Below are positions 1 through 12,215 of a stretch of DNA of 64,000 nt, one piece after another. The position numbers were made by a program, and so were the translations under genes. The notes under the pieces were generated by a model, which searched no databases, was not told where the DNA came from, and was given only the letters and a program-made list of their open reading frames with translations. This DNA is from Phoronis australis. Its lineage: Eukaryota > Animalia > Phoronida. The first letter of the stretch is position 1; every line of letters starts with the position of its first letter. The DNA lies in NCBI GenBank assembly GCA_002633005.1, contig NMRA01000314.1, positions 282,898-346,897 of the forward strand, in the 5' to 3' direction.

Positions 1-356
1 TTTGGGCTAATTATGAAGATATAAAATCACCAGCAGACAATATTTTGGAGTTTTCAATTTTTCAATATTGACCGCTCACTGACCACTGCTATGGTAATGT
101 CATGTCAATTCCTTGCAGAACTTTTTGTGAAGTAATAGAGATGCCAAGGTGATTCCATTCTAGGATCTCTGTGTTCACAAGCCAATACTTTATCACTGCA
201 CCACCAGCACGTTACCAAACTCAAGTCTTCTAAAGATTTTTTATGTTATCTAAATTCTGACTTTACATTTGCTTTCAAAAAACAGTAAAATATAAATCAC
301 CAGTAAATGCAAACCCACTACAAAACGCTTTCCAGTTCCCTCCATCAGGCCAGTAA

Positions 357-638
357 TGGTAGTAAATGCACTAAAGATCAAAAGGTTAAAATGTTCCTTA
401 ACTTTCAATACAAGGTCATTTGCTAAAGTTTATAATTGCATGACAAGTGCCGTTAACCGGTAACGATTATTTCTTGGGAAGGAATACCTGAAGTCATGAA
501 CCACCAATTCTAAATTTACCAGGAGTACACTACCTTCAGGGTAGTCCAAGGTCATGCATTGTTGCCTGCTAAGCCATCTCAAACTTATTTTACCTATTAA
601 ATTTTACGTTTTGATCTTCACAAGGGCATTTACTACCA
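357..638. mobile_element. MITE-like element, about 280 bp, with about 36-bp imperfect terminal inverted repeats
   Basis: Left end tggtagtaaatgcactaaagatcaaaaggttaaaat; reverse complement of the right end is tggtagtaaatgcccttgtgaagatcaaaacgtaaaat. Confidence 0.6.
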
Positions 639-693
639 ATGATCGCTCCAGACTCACCCCAAAAAGTAATTCTGTAACACTGTAGTCAGACTC

Positions 694-802
694 GGCAATA
701 GTTTGATATAACGTGCCCGTATTTTGAGAACCAGTTTACGCCCGTTATTCAGTGGAGAAAACTGGTTCTCAAAATTCGGGCACATTATATCGGACCATTA
801 CC
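694..802. mobile_element. Hairpin MITE of about 109 bp, probably Mutator/MULE-type
   Basis: About 44-bp TIRs (ggcaatagtttgatataacgtgcccgtattttgagaaccagttt / aaactggttctcaaaattcgggcacattatatcggaccattacc). 9-bp target-site duplication gtcagactc (685-693) / gtcggactc (803-811). Related copies occur elsewhere in the window. Confidence 0.75.
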
Positions 803-864
803 GTCGGACTCACCTCAAAGTAAGTAGTACCACAGTATTCTGTAACACCGTAGTCAAGACTCAC

Positions 865-954
865 CTCAAAGTAAGTATCACAGTATTCCGCCACAATGTA
901 GTCAGACTTGGGCTTATTTTCACAGTACTTCACATACATGTACAGCCGTCTCTC
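865..954 (-). CDS. TRIO: Trio DH2 exon ([30 protein letters not shown])
   Basis: Acceptor tttttgttcccag|, donor GAG|gtgagt; 90 nt, phase 0-0. Resembles Trio [30 protein letters not shown]. Confidence 0.95.
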
Positions 955-1535
955 CTGGGAACAAAAACAGTACCAAGTAAACTCATCAACATCTATCTAA
1001 TATAAACTTTCATACACAATATCACACTCTCATTCCCTCAATGGCTTGTCTTGGTGATCTCAATATAGATAAAAAATGTAAGCCACTAATTAAATATCAA
1101 TTTTAAGCAACCAATACCAGAAAAAAAATTAAAGATGCATTTTGTTTGTTTAGCTGACTAAAATAATATCGAAATAATCCTTTAACTCTCATAAAATACC
1201 TTATCATGATAGGATTCTATTTATTCACCAGCTAGAGTCACAGGCAATGTGTGCAGTACGTGCGCCATTTTTGAATTTGTAATTTCAGGGTTGGCCAACC
1301 TCAATGAGCTCAGAAGCGGTTTCTTGAGTCTCGAATGATTTCAATGTTCGTCTTTCTAACGAAAATATAATCTTGTCACTGTACGGTATTTTATGAGAGT
1401 AAAAGACCGCGCTTGTATTTGGCGTTTTAGCCACCCTCACTACATTGAGGTCATAAATTGTCAAATATAACAGCTGATTGACTTTTATCTCATCACCACT
1501 AGCAGCCTCAGAGTGTTTAAATTGCCACATTCTAA

Positions 1536-1637
1536 CTGTAAACTCGTGGGTTAACACCCCGGGCGCTTAAATTAGGAAACCCTGAGACAGGGGGTGGGCG
1601 ATTACCTGGGCTTGGGCATTAACCCGCGAGTTTACGG
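1536..1637. mobile_element. MITE of about 100 bp, Tc1/mariner-like ends
   Basis: ctgtaaactcgtgggttaa ... ttaacccgcgagtttacgg|ta form inverted termini; TA follows the right end, and the left flank reads AA. Confidence 0.6.
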
Positions 1638-1822
1638 TATATTGCTAGGACCGGCTGGATACTCCATTACATCCAGAATAACAAGAATCCATTCCCAGGA
1701 AGCCTTGAAGTACAAACATAAACAAATATTCCATCTTAATTCAAAACATCTGTATATTTTTGTTCCTTTCCTATTAAGATGACTTTATGCCTCATAAGTC
1801 AACCACAACACCAGTAACTCAC

Positions 1823-1892
1823 GTATCTGATAAACAACATTCCCAGTCTGTCTGGGTCTTCCAAACATCTCTCAATTTCTTTGCAGAAGGTT
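1823..1892 (-). CDS. TRIO: Trio DH2 exon ((E)TFCKEIERCLEDPDRLGMLFIRY)
   Basis: Acceptor tttctttttcag|A, donor TAC|gtgagt; 70 nt, phase 2 to 0. Resembles Trio FFLGELEKCLEDPEKLGSLFVKH. Confidence 0.94.
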
Positions 1893-3334
1893 CTGAAAAA
1901 GAAATCAGCTCAACTTAACACCTACCAAGCTTCCTAGCAGATTCCTGCTTTGACAAAACACTTCAAATATTAGTTCATCCCTTTGACTTGGAACAATGGA
2001 AATTTCCACTTGTATTTTACTATCTGAAGTCCATTTTACATCGTCATTTACAGCACCACATGACTTACTGGGATTTGATGTAGTTTTTGCTATGACACGT
2101 CACACAACTCAGTAGCTTGTTGGCTCATCATAGCTTCATTTTATTTTCAACAACATGAAGCCGAGTGAAATGGCGTGAATGGATCAACAATACCTATACA
2201 TTAGCCAATTTTACCCCAGAGACAGATGTCATCGTGTCACGTGGTGACTTGCTCCTCTGGATCAGCACGAGTCACTTATACAAAGACTGTGCATACTCGC
2301 CACTGTCGAAACCAAGTGGAATGCCAACTAATCACACGAATTATGCTATTGCGATAGATGAGCCCTTTCTGCCCTGCCCCAGTTGTGTTCAGATGTGCAG
2401 TTGAAACAGAAGTAGCTGGTCGAGTACAACTCTGCTCTATCTCTCAAACCGGGCGTCAAAAACGGTGCCACTTACTCTGTGTCAGTCATGTTTACACACA
2501 CACTTGCACCCAATCAGCTGAGTGTTAGCTGCGCCAGGTCAGCTGTCTCTCGAGTAAATGCGGCTATCGAGAGAACTGCATCATCCAGCAAGGTCAAGAA
2601 CCCTCTATCTTATGAGAGAGTCACAACACACTAACACTGATCAGCTGTTTCAGGTAGCAATCACATATCACATCAACCAAATCCTGTACACAGGTTTTAA
2701 AGTCCCACAGTGTTAATTAGGTCACACCAAAGTCTCTTCAAAGTCCTGAATGAAACAACTCCATTGAGGTCATGGTTGGATATATACTCTAAATCCTCAT
2801 AGTAAAGAACCAAAACAAAGTGTTCCACACTAATACATGAAACAAGATAATAATTTTCAAAGGCAACGTTACATGAGGATTTAAGAGCTCTATATTGGCT
2901 TTAATCTTTACGCTACCATAAGTTGACCTCTCCTGTGAGCTGACCTATCACCCTCAAGAGATCTATAGCTCAGCTCTAAGTTCAAGGCAAGTTACCAGCC
3001 CAAAGCGAGCAAAATGTTCACAAACCCATTACTTACGTTTGTAATAAACAAGTTCGTAAATACAGTACAGTTACAGCAAAGATTCGCTGTTGTCAGATGA
3101 TGGTAACTCAGATTGAGTAGAGGGTAATCGGATAAACATTTAGCTCACCTGACCTGCACGCTGCGAGGATTTCCACTTGCCAGGTAAAAGAAAGCATATG
3201 AGACACTTGTCTCGCTGCCTCATTAGGCAAATGTTCAGTTCATTTTGTCACAGACCTAAGCTATGACCTGAACTAATGTTCATAGGAGATTTACCCGAGC
3301 ACAAAAATACTGCCGCACTGGCAGCCCTACTTAC

Positions 3335-3505
3335 TCCTTATGCCAGTCATAGATCTGATGAATGTTTCCAAACACTATCTTATCCTTGCCCTGCATATCC
3401 TCAGGCAGGGGCCCTGTCTTCATCTCTTCCATGTAGCCCTCCACTACAAGGCCCAGGTCAGTGATATAGTCTTTTTCTGTCTGCACAAGTTCTTCTATTA
3501 CATAC
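3335..3505 (-). CDS. TRIO: Trio DH2 (RhoGEF) exon ([28 protein letters not shown]...[21 protein letters not shown])
   Basis: Acceptor cttctttgtag|G, donor GA|gtaagt; 171 nt, phase 2-2. DH CR1 motif EL..TE.DY..DL and [17 protein letters not shown] are characteristic of Trio/Kalirin GEF2 and p63RhoGEF. Confidence 0.96.
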
Positions 3506-3709
3506 CTACAAAGAAGGCAACACTAGGCTAGTCTTTGGTTATGATGCCATTTTTGAAATGCGCGTTCTGTCCTAGAAGTCAACTATTGATTTGGACCATG
3601 CCATGATGTATTGCAGTAAACTGTTCTCAACTTGTTTCTCAATCAGATAAGAAGTGATTTCTGAATTTGCAAAGAACTGGCAGTTCGTTATCAAGTACAA
3701 ATCCCTCCG

Positions 3710-3912
3710 CACTTCACACGTGACCCCTATCAATTTCACGTGAGAGCTCCATGTCTTCAAGCACAAAACCTCTAGACTTCACATGTGAACAACACCAACT
3801 TCACATGAGAGCCCCATGTCTTCAAGTATAAACCACTCTGGACTTCACATGATCCCCAGCATCTTCACATGAGAGCCCCCTTACATCCAGTACAAACCCA
3901 TCTAGACTTCAC
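3710..3912. repeat. Degenerate tandem repeat (acttcacatg...ccatgtcttcaag...tctagacttcac)
   Basis: Recurring cttcacatg, gagagcccc and ctagacttcac blocks; boundaries approximate. Confidence 0.6.
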
Positions 3913-4314
3913 TTCTATTTCCACAAATTGCATTAATACTTCTTCAGCCATTAATGGCTGTCATTTTCAACAGTTCATTTACACTATCAGGCGGCTAAGC
4001 ATTTGGAAATTTTAAATTAGCTCGATCACAAGGCTGATGCACTGATTAACTGAAGAAGTGATGTGTTTATCTGTTACTAAGACCAAATAGCCTGGTACAC
4101 ATTGGAACTCTATGTGGGAGAACCTTTTGTTGTTCTATTCATTAAATAGGTGTTCTGAAAATAGCTTTTAATCAGTTAATAATAGGCGTGTTTTTTATAA
4201 AGAGTGTTAAATACACACTCACAGTCTCACAGAATTGTATCCTTGGTTGTACACTAAACGGATCAAACCAACTTTGCTGCATGACTGTGGGGAACACTTG
4301 TACATCTGATTTAA

Positions 4315-7077
4315 AGTCCTTGTCTTAAAATTGGTTCCAGTATCCAAAAATACTTACTAAATAAATTCTTATTTTCGACGCCCTTTCTTTATATTCGTTT
4401 TGCCTTTCTTGCCAAAAGCGATTTTTAACAGTATTTGACCCTTCTCTGTGAGGGTATAATTACCGGCTGTCATCTGTTATTTCCGTACCCAGATTTCCGG
4501 CTCGTCAGTTCAGGAACTTGTCCTGAACGCCGCCATTTTTTCCTTGTAACTGAATGTGCTATCGCTTGCTTGAAAAGTCTTCATTATTTTGTTTTATTAG
4601 TAATATCTCGTGATTCGTTTGTGTGTGTAGTGTATTTATAGTTTGTAGTTAGTGGTCGTTGAATTTTTTTGGAATGTTATGTGTACTTTTGTTTATTATG
4701 TTAAAATAGCATTGGTGTTTAGTTCCTGTTATGTTGGGCGGTCGAACCAATATGAGTCGAACCAAATTTTTTTCGTTTTGAAAAAGTACTTTGCTATCAT
4801 AGGACAGGAAGTGCATTCTACTCAGTAAAAATTGAAAAAGTATCAAAATCGAGGCAAGCAGTGTAAAGCAATTGCAATTTTTGTGGCGAAATTTGGGTCA
4901 CTTTGTTTGGATCGCGTCGGCCATATTGGAGGACCGCGGGATAAGTTACGAGTTTAAAACTTTGTGTAAATTGTTTTAGCCAATAATGTACAGTGAAATT
5001 TAGTGAGACATATCTTTACTTACTATTCTGCACGATTCAACAGTTTTCACCTAATTTCAGCCTCGCAGTTGTTACTTATTAAGTGATAAAAATGCTCACA
5101 ATTCCCGTTCTGGCAGCACCGAACTGCTGAACTGGAAGGCATGTTCAACCTGTTACTTCATAATTTGTGAAGATTTAACGTTGATACATTTTGACAAATA
5201 TTGCTACAAAAAGGGACTTTGTTCAATTGTCATGTTTTTCTGCAAATAAATATAAGATATATTCGAATTATTTTACTGTGAATTTCCCATTCAGGTGATC
5301 TTTCACCAAGAAAAAAAAATAGTTGAAATAATTTTGAAATGTTTTTTGTTTGACTGTCAACTGCTGTTCAAGACTTGATTCGGTGTCCCAAAATTATTCA
5401 TATTTTTCTAAATTTTAAGTCTCAATTGCTTTCAAGTCATGTTTTGTAACTTATTGCTTTCTTAATTCAGGTTATCAAGTCAACAATATGAAGAATCTTA
5501 ATTAGAGAAATAAGCTATGTTGGATTGTGAAGCTTCGAGCCTCCAATTCTTGTTCCTTGCAACTTCATATTCTTTAAACCATGCTTGTCAAATTCTGGTG
5601 TAAGGAAACACTATTCGGTCACCATGGTAATAGATACATGTATGTCCACTTTCATATCATGGAAACTTGTGCTGTTGAATAGTGTTTGTAATGCTTAAAT
5701 GTTGTAAAAGTATTGTGCATTTTAAAGTTACTTATTATCATGGTAAAAGATTGAATCATTTTGGCTCAATGAATAAAAAATTATAACATTTTGTATTGGA
5801 CTTGTCATACTTATGTGCTCGAACAAGCCCCCTATTTGAATGGAAAAAGGTTTGCCTCAGTCAGAGAAGCACAAACTCCGAAAAAAGTAGAAAACGAGAC
5901 AAAAGTCCACTAGAAGACAGGAAGTACCAAAATTTAGCGTCTGCAATTCATAGCTCTGAATATACCCAGGGAATCTTATAGTAAAAGGTAGACATTCCCA
6001 AAAATTCAAACCCCACTCCCCATTTTTTAGGCTTGGTGCGCTCATGCAAAGCCAAAAACTTTGCACAGTTCGCCAGAAGACCCCAAGTTCTAAATAAACC
6101 TCATTTGAGCGAGCGCTGTGACCAGGTAGGCCTAAGCAGTGGCAGATATTCTACCAGATACCATTTGACAGTTAGGGTGCGATTTGCTGACTAGCACATG
6201 CGTGCAACCAGGGGGGCTCGGGGGGTGAATAAACAATGCATAGGCCCTGAACAAACCCCATTTACCATTTTTTTTAGTCAAAAGGTCCGCAAATCCAAAA
6301 ATTCGAGACCTCCTGCATCCCTACATTTTAGGCTGAGCGCGTGCAACTGCCGAAATTCTGGTGATTCCTGTGCCCTGGCCCCCCTCCCCTAACTCAAAAT
6401 CGTGGATCAGCCCCTGCTAAGGATAGCCTTGGCACAAAGCTGTATATTCCTACTAAAAAGCTGTATTTTAACGAGTCTTCACTGATAGCTGGCACTGAGG
6501 CTAGCTAAGGGCTGCCACGGCAGTGTGACACAGAACTAAGCAGCCCGTAATTTTATGCAAGTGTCTGAATCTACTTTGAACATATACGGCATTTATTATT
6601 TGAACATTTTACTTCGACAACAGCTTGCAACCGCATGCCTTTACTGTTCGCCAGTGTCTGGTCTCGATCCGCACCGGGTCCGATAGGCTGCGGTCCCGAG
6701 TCTGGCATAATAATTTCTGTCAAAATTTATTCGCCACATTTCTTCAGCAAATTCGATAAAATTGTTCGTATTTTGATTTCATTAAAATTAAGGCGCGCTG
6801 TCGATTATTTTACCCCAGTTTGCTGGCTGGTAACAGGCACTGCTCCAGTCGCACTGACGGCGTTTTCCTAGCCTGGGTTCCTGAATGAATTGTACTTCCA
6901 AGTTCGCAGTAAGTTCAAAATGGCGGTGTGTTCTTCCGGTGTGAATCGTGAGTGGCACGTTCATTTAAACTTTTTTCGAGTACGGATTGTGTATTAGTTA
7001 TGTGGTAGGTACTTCTTGGATCCTTATAACATCCTCTAACCACGTAATAAGGGTTTACAATGTGTGAGACAAGGACT
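4315..7077. mobile_element. Non-autonomous Kolobok-like DNA transposon, 2.76 kb
   Basis: TTAA at 4311-4314 and 7078-7081 flank perfect 11-bp TIRs agtccttgtct / agacaaggact. A TTAA TSD with RR..YY termini fits Kolobok rather than piggyBac (CC..GG). No transposase ORF. Confidence 0.7.
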
Positions 7078-8584
7078 TTAATAAAAAAGTGACAATATAT
7101 GATCCCCAGCAGAGATTCCTAACAAGACATTAGTTGTGTGCCGTTCGTTAGCTGTGTACCGTTAGTTGTACGTCGTTATACCTCATTACATTACACAAGC
7201 ACGGACTACAATGCTGAATCAGGATCTAATCACAACAGGAATACATTGGACATCTAAATATTCAATATTGTGTGACAAAAAGGTGTTTTACACTTGACCT
7301 AATTTATAATTCTGACGTGCAAGGCACGTCCAACTGAGTGGACAAGGACAAAACGCAATTCCTATCGTCCACGGATGTTAACATCTATGCATGAATCATG
7401 TGAATAGTTCACGGCAATGTAGGTCATTATGAACAAACTTGTGTATTTAACCACATGTCTACAAAACCGTAGATTATAAGTCTGCAAAATTATATATTTT
7501 CTGAAAGCACAAAGCCTGAAGAATAAGATGTGTGACTTTTTATTAATGTGTCATTAATTGGGTCATGAAATCATGCATTTTTAATAAAATTTAACAAAAA
7601 TGAAGATACACTGATAGCAAAACCACAGTATGAACAAAACAACCAAATGGTGTTCAATATAAATGTTCAACTATGAAGATGAAATCTCAAAAAAGCTGTT
7701 TCAGTTTTATGAATTGACATTTAGTTTTCAATTTAAGCAGCCTTTGAGTTTTTTCATAAAAACTATGGAAATATTTGACATCCCCTTATACATAACAATT
7801 CCTATCAGGATTTCAGAGAACACCGTATCAAGTATATGTCTGAAAGTTTCGTCTGAATCCAAAATCAACTGCTTCTGAGACGTGATGTTCCTAAGTTAGT
7901 CAAATTTGGCCCTTTTTCAAGAATCCTGCATAACCGTAATGATTAGGACGATCGGTCTATTCCATGTAGCATATGTCTCCTTTAGTGAACTGCCTCAGAC
8001 TTGCACACTAAAACTTGGTTATTTGAGCTGGACATGCTAATCCACAATTGATTAGTTCACTTCCTGTCACTGGCTGAGATTGTTCACAACAATCAATTAC
8101 AGCTACTGACGTCACAAAGATCTCATCGGAGCGGCTGGGGCTGCCCATAACATGATTAGCTGGTCTAGGCAATAAAATTAACTCGGACTGGGAAAACCAC
8201 GAGGGGGGAAAGTTCCTAGAACAGCACAAAAGCGCCGTTCCGTGTTTCTTGCAATATTTTGTATTTTGTGACCACGTATCACACTTGCTGCATTCACCTC
8301 AGGAAAGATGATGAATAATGCAACACAACCACTAATGTATGATTTAAAATATGAATATGAAACAATACTTTCAGACTGACACTGACCTTGGCCACAAGTC
8401 AATGATTGCAATGACTGGGAGCAAAAAGTTACAACAGCAAGCTATGCGCATAAAACTGCTAATTTAAAGCACTATCACCAGTGGCATGAAAAACTCCAAG
8501 TTACCCAGACGACAGTTGAACTTTGAACTGTCTTGCCCAGCATCAGTAGATACAACAATCTTCACACAGATTATAACCAACCAA

Positions 8585-9830
8585 ACAAGAGCATTGCGGA
8601 GCAGCGTTGAAACGCGCCCACGACAGCACTCCTAACGGTGTGCATCTATGGGTGTTTTTAGTATCATAAAAATGCTATTAGATGGTGCAGAATGTGTCAA
8701 ACCCGTACGAACTGAGAAGGTGGCACCATCTCCGTAACACACAAGTATTTGCCAAATTTGATGAAAATAAGACGAGGAACTCCCAAGATATAGAGGCAAA
8801 TGTAACAAAACGACAGATACAACACAGCAGTAGTCCGATTTTGGTCTGAAACTCATTATCTGTTGCCATCTGCCAAAGTTCACAAAGATCCTTTAAAGGG
8901 TTAATAAGGAGATATAGCCAAAGATGCAAAATTGCTCCACGGGAATGTCAGAATAGTCAAAAACATCTGAAAATCCACGTCAGCCAGGGTCTTCGCATCA
9001 GGAACACAACCATTAATTTTCATGAACCTTTGAGTGCCTAGGCATATAGAGAGGCAGACATCAAAATCGTATGCAAACATTTTTAAATGGCCACCAGGTG
9101 GCACAGAAAACATCAATTTTTGAAATCTGTCCGAAAATGGGAAGGCGTTCTCGTCTACTTAACTGAAACCTATTTGACGAATTTCATGAAAATACATTTA
9201 TGAACTCCGAAGATACAGACGCAAGCACAAAAAAATATCACTAGGTGGCATTGTGGTACTAGGATCAGTTTGACACTTGTTACTGTTTGTTGTCAGCTCA
9301 ATAGGAAGATGGCTTTCAAATTTCACAAAGCTCCTTCAAATGTTTAGTAGATTCGGCCGCAGATGCAAAAAAAAAAAATCGCCACTAGGGGGTCGCACAG
9401 TGGCTGGACAAGTCCGAAAACGTCAGCCACAGTCTCCTCATCATGAACATACCTGCTAATTTTCACGATTCTTCAAGCGGTTTGGCAGATAGAAAGGTGG
9501 ACGCCAGAAAAATAAAATTTTTAAAAAACGGCCACTAGGTGGCGCAGAATCATCAAAGTCATTTGAAAATGGAAAGGTGTCGCCATCTCTTTAATAGAAA
9601 CCTATTTGAAAACTTTCTTAAAAAATTCATCCAAAAATTCCAAACATACAGAGGAAACTGCGAAAAAAATAAATTGCCACTAGGGGCACTGCGAAAGTTG
9701 GATTGTTCGAAATTCGTTGTCATCCGTCGTTATCTACATATGAACACACCTGCCAAATTTCATGAAGATCCTGGAGATTTAGGAGATACAGCCCAGACAG
9801 AAATCCTACAGACTTATGACATTCCCAGGT
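8585..9830. mobile_element. Dispersed repeat with internal degenerate repeats (gccactaggtggc; acctgccaaatttcatgaa), unclassified
   Basis: The gccac(c/t)agg(t/g)ggc motif recurs about 5 times. The 5' part (8615-8730) aligns by eye with 30527-30646. Boundaries approximate. Confidence 0.55.
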
Positions 9831-9875
9831 CATGGCACCTCCTAGTCAACCTCATGACACTGCACCGGTACTTAC

Positions 9876-9979
9876 TGTCGCTTGGTCAAGTACTTGCTGT
9901 TCTTCTCTTCCTCGGAAGCGCTATCTGGTGGTGAACTGGCCTCACCTTCTGCTCCATCTTCGTGAGATGACTGAGACTC
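9876..9979 (-). CDS. TRIO: Trio exon immediately before DH2 (ESQSSHEDG...SEEEKNSKYLTKR(Q))
   Basis: Acceptor tttgttcactag|, donor CA|gtaagt; 104 nt, phase 0 to 2. Ends in a basic stretch like Trio EERKSSSLKRRH. Confidence 0.88.
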
Positions 9980-11076
9980 CTAGTGAACAAAGATGTGTTG
10001 TAGACACTTAAAGAAGCAGGGCACATAGACGTAGATCTTACATCACTGCGTGTGGACAATTTCGGACAGTCAGTGAACAAACACATCGTAATGTACCTTA
10101 TTGTGTTTTTTTACACGATAAAATTCAAGGAGCAGTGATCAGAACAAGATGACCACTGGTTAACCTGGGCTGGACTATTGTCCCCATTAGACTACATCAG
10201 CTAGAACAATCCAGTTAACGTTTAAACACCGTTTTATTGGTAATAACACTTGGTATGAAGGCCAGAAATAACACACATACTCGAGGGGAGATCACAATGA
10301 ACACGGGCCAAAATGTTGGAATGTCTCACGACATACAAAACTCACCAACCCACATCGACAATTCATCGAATATTTTAGCAAGTCTCGTGATAACACCTGA
10401 ATATTAGTTGCTTCATTCATTTGATTTCAACAACGATTAAAGCTTTATATGTGAACAGTAATTATCACTAAGCCAATAAGACACTGACAGAAAATTACGA
10501 GTTTGGTAAATATTCTCCAGTACCGAAAGTGAAGCCAAAGTTGATTTTATTGATTTCTAAGACTGAGAAATGAGATTTTTGGACATAAAATCATATTTCT
10601 CAAATATTGGACATTCCGTTTTAAATCTAAATATCCTGAAACATACTTAGCAGTACATAAAATGATACAAAATGGCCACTGCCACAATGACTTCATGCTT
10701 TTGTCAAATGAATAACCACTTACCATTGATAGCAATCCTTAAAATAATATGCAATGGGCAATTTTGTGTTTTCGTAAAATTTAGAACAAGCTCAGAGAAA
10801 ATAATTCACCATCTCAAACAAGGGAATTTTTACAGAGCTAGGAGAAAGGTGAACACAAACCATTTTGTTCTTGACAATATTTTCTAAGCGGGCAGCGAGG
10901 TCAAGCGTACTAACAGCTTCAGGGTCACCGCGCAAGGACATGCTGGATGCCTGAAATGTCAAAGGTTACAGGGTCACAAGAGGTCAAAGGAGACTGCTGT
11001 GCTCGAAGGCCATGACAACACAAATGAAGCATAGCGGAGGAACACAACAATGAATCTTGAACACAACATAACATGA

Positions 11077-11149
11077 ACATGTGATACACATGTGATACAC
11101 ATGTGATACACATGTGATACACATGTGATACACATGTGATACACATGTG
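11077..11149. repeat. 11-bp tandem repeat (acacatgtgat)n, about 6.5 copies
   Basis: Directly visible; explains the repetitive ORFs at 10925-11215. Confidence 0.95.
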
Positions 11150-11315
11150 GTACTGAGTCTGGTGACAACGGAAACAAAAGAACAACTCGCAGTGAAGGGT
11201 ATGTGACAAATTCACTTCAAACTAAATGCTGTTGAAAATTACGTTCTTGTATTTCTGAGTTTCAATTGTAACTTTTCAATATGATTACGACACTTGATGT
11301 ATAACCTGAACATAC

Positions 11316-11480
11316 CAACTGGTTGGATAGCTCCTCCATAGAAGTTTGTTCCGAAGACTGGAAGTTGAGGGACTCTTGAATCTCCATGGGGGGAGGCATC
11401 TCCACTGTATCTTGTTCCTCATCACCGTCGCCATTGGATACCGTATCCGAGGCGACTGGTATTGCTACAGCGTCACCATT
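11316..11480 (-). CDS. TRIO: Trio linker exon (NGDAVAIPV...GDGDEEQDTVEMPPPMEIQESL...EELSNQL)
   Basis: Acceptor gtctttatag|, donor TTG|gtatgt; 165 nt, phase 0-0. Acidic run plus PPPMEIQ resembles Trio EEEG...VPLPPPMAIQ. Confidence 0.9.
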
Positions 11481-11957
11481 CTATAAAGACAACAGCATGT
11501 CACATAATCTAGGCACTCATACTCACAGAATTAAATATGAATCTATCTACAGTACCGCTGCTTTTATTTATTCACATTGTCATTATCACCGGTCAGTTGA
11601 ATTGCCTCTTAACCTGCTGTCAAAGCAACATACATTTTGTCATATTTTGTATCAAGACTGAACATTAAGACAATAGGATACGGAGACAATGGCACAAGTT
11701 CACTGATTATTCCAATTTCTCAAACCTCGACATGTTTCGATATTATGAGACTCAAGCTATTATATTTGACTCTCAAAAACCACAAGCTAATGACTGATGC
11801 CAACATATTGTAACCTGAGTAGTACTCCGTCAAGCTTTAAGTTAGGCATTTAACAATCACTACTTGGTGCAACTCTACCCCCACACAGAATGTCTTCATT
11901 GTAAATCTAGTAAAAAAATGAAAAGTTTGAAATTCAAAATGTCATACAATGGTACTG

Positions 11958-12215
11958 ACTGAGAAGATTTATTTCATAGTGGCAATACAGGGAGCCTACA
12001 GAGCATGGCCAGAGAATGCTTAATTTCATAGCCAATGGCAATATGGGGAGTCAACAGAGCACGGCCTGAGAAGGCTATTTCATAGTCAGTGGCAATACTG
12101 GGAGCCTACAGAGTATGGCCTCAGAAGACTATTTCATAGTCAGTGGCAATACTGGGAGCCTACAGAGTATGGCCTCAGAAGACTATTTCATAGCCGGTGG
12201 CAATACAGGGAGCCA
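11958..12215. repeat. Minisatellite of about 53-55 bp (agaagactatttcatagtcagtggcaatactgggagcctacagagtatggcctc), about 4.5 copies
   Basis: Directly visible tandem copies. Confidence 0.9.

Noticed and set aside
724-1005. Plus-strand 93-aa ORF, and the + ORFs at 3276-3531, 11386-11661 and 36302-36511
   Set aside because: They are antisense shadows of real minus-strand Trio exons.
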